From assembly GCA_963668645.2 (NCBI GenBank), contig CAXXWC010000022.1:32001-96000 (forward strand): DNA of 64,000 nt, given 5' to 3'. Under the pieces are notes generated by a model. It saw nothing but the letters and a program-made list of their open reading frames with translations, did no database searches and was not told the origin of the DNA. The translations under genes and the position numbers were made by a program. The stretch comes from Desulfobacterales bacterium. GTDB taxonomy: Bacteria; Desulfobacterota; Desulfobacteria; Desulfobacterales; UBA2174. Each line of letters opens with the position of its first letter. Positions within the stretch are counted from its first letter, which is position 1. This document shows positions 57,604 through 64,000 of the stretch, piece by piece.

Positions 57604-59499
57604 GACAAGCTCGTAAAAAGTCATCGTTCGAATCAAGCCACGTTATGAGCATATGACCGTAACATGGGCTCCCCGGCGACCCAACCGTCGATCGAACGGA
57701 AAATGCCGCCGATTCGCTCTTTGAAAAGCCGAAAAACACGACAAACACCCTGGTTCCGGTCTGTTTTGGCCCCGCAGGCCCGCATCCGGGCCTGCCTGGC
57801 CGCTACTGCCCGCATGATGTTGAGCGCCGTGGCCTTCATCACCGCGGCATAGTGTACGGCCTTTCGGCCTCTGACCCTCAAGCGTTTAACTCCCGTAAGT
57901 CGATCATACTGGCTCATGGTCGCCTCAACCCCGGCGCGTCACCGGTACTTTTGCCTGAATTGTTCACTGCGTTCATACTGGCGCCGTTTGGCGATGCGAA
58001 GATTTTTTTCAGTGTAGTTCAGGCAGAAAAACTTGGCCTTCCTTTTCACGACACAGTCGGATACCAGCAGGCATTTTTCGCAAAGATCAATTTCAAAACC
58101 CTGGGTGTAACGATCCTTCTTTTTCTTTCGCAAAGCCGGTTCGTGGCCGGCCGGGCATTTGTCCACATGTCCGTTGGCAAGAAACTGAAAGTCGCTCAGG
58201 TTACCCGATTCACGTTTCTCGACCCCCATGGCAGGGCTGATCACCTCGACACCCAACTCGGCGGCCTGCTGGCAATTTTCATCCGAACCGTAAAGGGAAT
58301 CGGCCTGCACCTGCTCGGGCGCCAGACCCGTTTCCAAGGTCGCCTGGATGGCGGGCAACAGCGCCTGCGCATCGCTGCGGCAAGCCGGTTCCACCTCGAC
58401 GTGGGTGATCAGATTCAACTGGCCAGGATCCTTGGCTGCACTTTCGTGCTCGCTGTAGGTCTCCATGATTTGAACCTGGTAGCCCTGGCCTTTGTGGCCG
58501 CTGTAAGCCGCATCCGGATCGGACGGGTTTTGCAGCGAATCGGAACGGATCTGTTTGGGCGCCTTGACCTCGACGGTGCCATCGTCATGCACATCCAACT
58601 GGTCTTTGACAATCCGGCAAAGCAGCTTGTAGCTGTTCATGTCGGCCACCTGCCGGTTGGCGGCAAACTGGGTTGCCAGCCGGTACAGGTCGCCGGCGAC
58701 ATCGGACAACACCCTTTTGGACTCCGACGGCTTGACTCCGGCAAAACACTGCCTGGCCTTTTCGCCATGATAACGCTGGATCAGTTCCTCATCGATCCGG
58801 CCGTACAGGATCGGGTGGTGGCGTTTGAGGTTGACCAGGAATCGATCGATGCCTTTGACGAAAATCCCGATGCGCCCGAGACGGGCCATGTTGGAACGGA
58901 TGTGAACCGAATCCTGGCGCTGAAGACGAGTATCGACCTTGAACATTTCGGCCAGTTTGACCGCCACGGTATCGAACAGATCGTTTTCCAGTCTCAGCTC
59001 GGTGGCCAGAATACGCATGGTCCACAGGGTTTTGGGGCAGATGTACTTGGCCTCGTCGCTTTCTTCATACAGGTCCAGCGCATAGTGCCATTGGAGGTTG
59101 AACGCCAGTTGTTCGCATGCTTCACGGTCCGTTAGGTCGAAAGTCTGCTGTAAGGACAGCGCACCGAGAACGGTATTCAGTTCCTTGGTCGGTCGGCCCT
59201 GATCGCTGGGAAAAAGCAAAGCGAGTTTTTCGACGGGAAGTTCGTCGAGAATGTGATTGTGGAAAAACCCGGGCCATCCCTGTTCGAGGATCTCGCGGCG
59301 TTTAGGACTGAGAAACTGCCACGGGTCGAACAAATGTTGTTGTTTTCGGTCTTTTATTCGAAGCATGGCTTCCTCATGGCAAACTATCGGATTTATTAAA
59401 TAATGTTGCCATAAAGAGCTGATTTTGTCAACAGGTTTCAAATATTTTTATGCCGATTTTTCAGCATGTTAGACAGCGGGGACTTTTTACGAAGGCATC
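57604..59499 (-). mobile_element. IS5/IS1182-like element
   Basis: IRs sharing TCGTAAAAAGTC; flanking direct repeat AATATT at 57598-57603 and 59500-59505. Confidence 0.85.
57633..59366 (-). pseudogene. DDE transposase with a nonsense codon
   Basis: GRP, QDSVHIRSN, QNPSDPDA, ADSLYG; TGA at 57939-57941 in KYR*RAGVEATMS, with the frame continuing to 57633. Confidence 0.8.
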
Positions 59500-60051
59500 A
59501 ATATTAAGTCATCACTTGAAAAGTGATACACCAATCGTTCAAAATTTGTTCCACGACTTTTATATAAATAGAGTTAAACTATTCATAGAAGAAATAAAGC
59601 TCCAAACTGAATTCATAAAACAGTCCTATTCTGAATATGAGAATGAAAAAAAGGCATATTCAATTAACGCCAAAAAGATATTTCTACATATTCATCATTT
59701 TTCAGTTCATGTTGCAAATGTTTGCAAACTGTATGATAAGCTAAATGATTTTTTGTTTCTCCCTTCCCATGATGACTCAGATGTCAATACTACCTTAACA
59801 AAAGAGTTAAGAAATCATCTTGAACATTTTGAGGAAAGGTTAGAAGCTTGGAATTATTTGCATTTTGGCAATCCCATTCTTGATATGAATATTATAAATA
59901 GTTCTACAAAGGGAATTAAGTTAGAGAATTGTCTTAGGGTTCTTGACGTTGACAAAGATACCTTTCATATTTTAGGTGAAAGCTATTCAATTAAAGAATT
60001 ATATGAAACTGTGAATATTATTGAGAAAAAAATATTGAAATTAGAGAAATG

Positions 60052-60111
60052 GGCTAACAAAGCTATTTCAGCCGACACAAAAAGCCGCGCGGCTGAATAG
60101 CAACGTTATGT
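60052..60111 (+). other. attC site 4
   Basis: GGCTAAC...GTTATGT; closely similar to attC1. Confidence 0.92.
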
Positions 60112-60121
60112 GGAGAGAAAC

Positions 60122-60349
60122 ATGGACCAAAAATTTTGGAATATCGGAAAGCCAGTAGATCAACTCATTGAGAAATGTTCAGGAGTTATCAAGATTCTTT
60201 GCAAATGCTCTCGATTCGGATAGCACAATTACCATCCTGCCGATCCCGATAAAACTAAAAACTTCTATCTGGTACTGAATGAGCTGGATGATTTGGAGCA
60301 GAGAATAACTGAATTTCGTGGGTGGGTAGAGATTCACCGCCCACATAAC
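60122..60349 (+). pseudogene. Cassette 5: small gene with an internal stop
   Basis: MDQKFWNIG...LCKCSRFG*HNYHP...ELDDLE; GGAG RBS; ends at R'' ACATAAC. Confidence 0.5.
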
Positions 60350-60460
60350 CAAGCAAATTCAGGCGGACCCCAAAGCCGTGTTCGCCCACTTGTCAAGGCC
60401 ATGTAACACATCCGTGTGAAAAGTGCGGTCAACAATGGGGCCGCTGATTAGCGACGCCGC
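60343..60460 (+). other. Degenerate attC site 5
   Basis: ACATAAC matches the GTTATGT cassette start and arm remnants pair, but the R' GTT is absent. Confidence 0.55.
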
Positions 60461-60482
60461 ATATCAAGCTGAGAACGATATC

Positions 60483-60737
60483 ATGGATTTTCTTGAACAA
60501 TATTTATATAGAGCAAATGATATAATTGGTAACCGTACTAAAGATGAAGAACGGTATGACCATGAGGTATTGCGATGGCTCCGGAAAGGGAAAGGGATTA
60601 AAAAGGCCCTCAATAAAGCAAATAAGAAATATCCAAAAGAGGCTTTGAAGGTTGATGGCAACATTATCAATGATGTAGCCTCCCACTACGATTATTTATT
60701 GGAGCATGATAATATTATTCGAAAGATTTCACATTAA
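60483..60737 (+). CDS. Probable cassette 6, small hypothetical protein
   Basis: AT-rich ORF followed by an attC-like stub (TAATAAATCGCTTTCAGCG). Confidence 0.5.
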   Translation: MDFLEQYLYRANDIIGNRTKDEERYDHEVLRWLRKGKGIKKALNKANKKYPKEALKVDGNIINDVASHYDYLLEHDNIIRKISH

Positions 60738-61015
60738 TAAATCGCTTTCAGCGAACAAATCAGTATTCCCAAGCTTTTGTTAAATTCAGAGAAGGATGGC
60801 GGAGCTGAGGATAATCGAAAAATGTTTGAAATATTTGGTGAGCCCAAAGAACTCCTTTTTTATTCTCGATACTCAGGAAGACTCAACTCCTACGGTTATG
60901 CGAAAGGCAAATCTTGCCTGAAGTCACCTTCATATTGACATTTTTCTACCCAGGCAAACTGAGCCATTTCTCTTGGTGAACATTCAATTTCCAATTCAGG
61001 TCGTGCTCTTTTTTT

Positions 61016-61047
61016 AACATAACTGTTGCGCGCGCAACAGTTATGTT
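61016..61047. promoter_or_regulatory. Perfect 32-bp palindrome, probable MarR operator
   Basis: AACATAACTGTTGCGC|GCGCAACAGTTATGTT, 40 bp upstream of the MarR gene. Confidence 0.75.
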
Positions 61048-61087
61048 GTAAAAGAATTCCAAATACAATGAAAAAGGAGCCAAGTAT

Positions 61088-61528
61088 ATGCAGCAACACC
61101 GTTCAATAGGAAAACAGATCAGTACAATTTCAAGATGTTTGGCCACAATCGTGGATATAAAAATGGCCCATCTTGGGCTGAGCGCTGCTACTATTCCAGT
61201 AATAGGTTATCTTTACGATAACGAAGGTGTGCATCAAGACGTTCTGGCTGAGGCTCTGCAGTTTGATAAAAGTTCTGCTACAAGGTCTCTGGGTCGCCTG
61301 GTCAAGGAAGAATACGTAACTAAAACCGTTGATTCCGCAAACAAAAGACGCAATATCATCCGATGCACCAAAAAGGCCCGAGCAGTCAAACAAGAGATTT
61401 TCCATATACTTAAAAGCATTACAGACGATGTATTTTTAAATTTCAGCGATGAAGAAATTGAACAATATTTCTACTTAACTCAAAAAATACATACCAATGC
61501 AATGAACATGCTCAGGGAGATAAAATGA
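61088..61528 (+). CDS. MarR-family regulator
   Basis: QDVLAE.L.FDKSSATRSL..LV..EYV...D..NKR. Confidence 0.9.
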   Translation: MQQHRSIGKQISTISRCLATIVDIKMAHLGLSAATIPVIGYLYDNEGVHQDVLAEALQFDKSSATRSLGRLVKEEYVTKTVDSANKRRNIIRCTKKARAVKQEIFHILKSITDDVFLNFSDEEIEQYFYLTQKIHTNAMNMLREIK

Positions 61529-62676
61529 TCCGTATTGCTGTTCTTTCCCTTTCATTGCTTACTGTTATGTCCGGAGCGGCTGTAGCTCCTGCTGTGGCGG
61601 ATATTATCGCCTATTTCCCCGATGCTTCACCCCTTCTAGGAAAGATGGTACTCACCACACCGGCTTTAACCATTATCCCGGTAGCGTTGATTACCGGAAT
61701 AATGAGCGGGAGAGTTTCCCAAAAGCTGCTAGTATACGTCGGCATATTGTTCTATATCGTCGGTGGCACAGGAGGGGGCTTATCTCATTCTATTCCGTTT
61801 TTACTGTCGATGAGAGCTGTGCTCGGAATCGGGGTTGGCATTCTTATGCCGCTTTCAACCGGCATTATTGCTGATTTTTGGTCAGGATATGAAAAAACCA
61901 AAACTATGGGCCTGGCCTCAGCATCAAACAACCTGGGAGGCATCATCGCCACTCTTTTATCAGGTTTGCTTGCTGCCATCAGTTGGCGTGCATCCTTCCT
62001 GATCTATCTCCTTGGCATACCGGTATTGATATTGGTGTTGTTTTTTATGCCTGAACAACAACCAAAACAGAGACAAGACAAACAGACTGGACAAGGTACT
62101 GTTTCTCTTGGTTTCTACATTATGTGGGGGCTCGGTATGTTTTTGCTTATGGTCGCATTCTATACCGTTCCGGTTAATATCGCCCTGTATATCCAGGAAA
62201 ATCACCTTGGAGACTCACGCATGGCTGGTTTGGCTATGGCAGTACTGACAGCCTCATCATTTTTAACCGGTCTTGTCTTTGGTCGCCTGAACAAATCTAT
62301 AAATATTTGGCTTCCAGGTTTGAGCCTAGGTATATTTGCCCTCTCTTTTTACGGGATATCAGCCTTTCCATCATTGATGCCTCTGTTTGCCTGTCTTGTT
62401 CTCAATGGTGTCGGTTTGGGAATATTGGTACCGTTGATCATGAACGGTGTGACCAGAAAAGCAGAACACACATCAGGAACAGCGGGGACTTCGGTGGTCA
62501 CTGTTTTTCTTTTTGCCGGGCAGTTTGCGAGTCCTTTGATTACAGGCGGAGCCTCCGCCCTTCTTTTTGATGACCCCGGTATCTCCGGTATCTACTTAAC
62601 GCTTGCCTGCGGGGCGGGGCTGGCAACCGTACTTGCGCTTTCATTCAGACTCATTTCCCATGGATATGCAAATTAA
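61525..62676 (+). CDS. MFS transporter
   Basis: About 12 TM segments, RAVLGIG.G, ISWRASF; ATGA overlap with MarR. Confidence 0.9.
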   Translation: MIRIAVLSLSLLTVMSGAAVAPAVADIIAYFPDASPLLGKMVLTTPALTIIPVALITGIMSGRVSQKLLVYVGILFYIVGGTGGGLSHSIPFLLSMRAVLGIGVGILMPLSTGIIADFWSGYEKTKTMGLASASNNLGGIIATLLSGLLAAISWRASFLIYLLGIPVLILVLFFMPEQQPKQRQDKQTGQGTVSLGFYIMWGLGMFLLMVAFYTVPVNIALYIQENHLGDSRMAGLAMAVLTASSFLTGLVFGRLNKSINIWLPGLSLGIFALSFYGISAFPSLMPLFACLVLNGVGLGILVPLIMNGVTRKAEHTSGTAGTSVVTVFLFAGQFASPLITGGASALLFDDPGISGIYLTLACGAGLATVLALSFRLISHGYAN

Positions 62677-62706
62677 CCCTATAAACGAAAGAGGAAATTT
62701 ATGGAC

Positions 62707-63112
62707 AACGGCGCGAAAGGGGTCGGACCATGAAAAAAATCATAAATCAAGATGGTTGGCGAAAATAATGGCCCTAAAACGACCCTATATTCGCGTTTTT
62801 AGGTCTGAAAAGGAAGATATAACCTTGAGTAAGAGGGAGAGTTTCTCTCCAACCCCCTTTACCACCAAATGATTCGAAAACTCTATCAGCCTCGTGCGGG
62901 CAGCATCCGAACGGCGCGAAAGGGGTCGGACCATGAAAAAAATCATAAATCAAGATGGTTGGCGAAAATAATGGCCCTAAAACGACCCTATATTCGCGTT
63001 TTTAGGTCTGAAAAGGAAGATATAACCTTGAGTAAGAGGGAGAGTTTCTCTCCAACCCCCTTTACCACCAAATGATTCGAAAACTCTATCAGCCTCGTGC
63101 GGGCAGCATCCG
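62707..63112. repeat. 203-bp tandem duplication
   Basis: 62707-62909 matches 62910-63112. Confidence 0.9.
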
Positions 63113-63384
63113 GAAACTGTTCGATCGACATCCCGTCGACTCCTGCAGCGCCCGTGTTGGCCTTGACCCGTTTCCATGCGCGAAGCATGTTTTCCCGGGA
63201 TAAGATCCGCTCCAGCAGGTGATCGTCCGGCTTGGACGGTTCCACAACGCGCGACATCGACACTCCACCGGGCGGTCTCGTCGTATATAATACCAGCTCA
63301 CGCTTTTGCCTTCGGCTAATGTTTATGCTAATGATTACAACCAGTAACAGGGTTCACACATAGGGGACTTACACCCCTATTAGT
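63092..63384 (-). pseudogene. Remnant of a second group II intron (5' RNA stub and RT N-terminus)
   Basis: LLERILSRENMLRAWKRVKANTGAAGVDGMSI; upstream GGGGTGTAAGTCCCC hairpin. Confidence 0.7.
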
Positions 63385-64000
63385 CTAGTTTCCGTCCATA
63401 AATCGCCAAAATCAGCCGCCCGAGGACCCTGCAAAGAGGCGGCAGGCGAATAATCTCGAAAGAATTTAGCAAAAAACAAGCCCTTAACAGTAAATGTTAC
63501 CATTCACCCTAAAATCCGGGAACACCTCACCTGTTGGCTTTACGTATCGAACGGGTGCCGTACCGTCAGGCCAACTGTTTGCGGGCAATCGTAAGCAGGT
63601 TGGCCGAAACGATCGACGCCCAAACATAACTCTGGAACGATCGCCATCCTTTCCAAATGCACCGATCCAGCCCCAGGCTGCGCTTGAGCCAGGATATGCC
63701 CGCCTCGATGCCGGCCCGGAAGCGACGAAGGCGCCTGTACACATACGGGCTGCGGCACATCTTCTCCGGGTCCAGGCCGCGCTTTTTGGCAAAACAGACG
63801 TCTTTGATTCCCTTGTCCTTGGCGGCCTTCAAATTCGCCTTGGAAGCAAACCCTCCGTCCAGTGCAACTTTGAGCGGGCAGCGCCCGTAAATCTTTTCTT
63901 GCCGATCGAGCATCGTCTGGGTCAAGGTCACATCGGCCGGGTTGCCTTCCACGATCTGACAATCGAGAATCAGGTTCGAACGGCCTCCGGTCAGACATAT
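63385..64000 (-). mobile_element. ISNCY/IS5-like element, partial; transposase ends at 63566
   Basis: GNPAD, DGGF.S, RRFRAGIEAGIS.LKR..GL.RC.W.G; end motif CTAGTTTCCGTCCATAAAT. Confidence 0.8.

Larger units (their letters stand above)
57404..60100 (+). pseudogene. Cassette 4: HEPN-like gene interrupted by an IS
   Basis: Removing the IS and one TSD rejoins ...NADVEIL|SHHLKSD... in frame; contains RNHLEH. Confidence 0.8.

Noticed and set aside
57939..57941. TGA in the transposase as selenocysteine
   Set aside because: Not a redox Cys context; more likely a TGG-to-TGA nonsense change

Overview
High-GC chromosomal segment whose gene content (Sec-containing SelD, HdrD-like Fe-S protein, sigma54/ZraP module) suggests an anaerobic Desulfobacterota-like bacterium; this taxonomy is inference. 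Five blocks. (1) 1-12.8 kb native genes: double-length UvrA, lipase, hydrolase, CBS-DUF47-PiT, a kinase-less PhoR-like sensor and a ZraP-like protein. (2) 12.9-17.4 kb mobile debris: RAYT with REPs, a repeat-flanked rhuM, IS1634, and IS66/IS256 remnants. (3) 17.7-30 kb lower-GC island that looks like a periplasmic condensed-phosphate scavenging system: DUF47-PiT, a cytoplasmic CYTH-like protein, an OprO/P porin, two exported CYTH/TTM-like proteins, an exported pyrophosphatase fused to an unrecognised domain, and a stand-alone exported copy of that domain. This is the best candidate for an undescribed system. (4) 30-51.6 kb: IS66 inside an 831-bp duplication, a decayed ArsR cluster, and a selenium/sulfur cluster (selD, yedF, yedE, TusA, DUF3343, DCCP-type reductase plus activase). 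(5) 51.8-64 kb: palindromic tandem repeats, a decayed integron (intI pseudogene, attI, about six cassettes, two with HEPN-like motifs) carrying a group IIC-attC intron and an IS, then MarR-MFS, intron debris and a partial IS. No rRNA, tRNA or CRISPR array was seen. All family calls are by motif recognition, without database searches.
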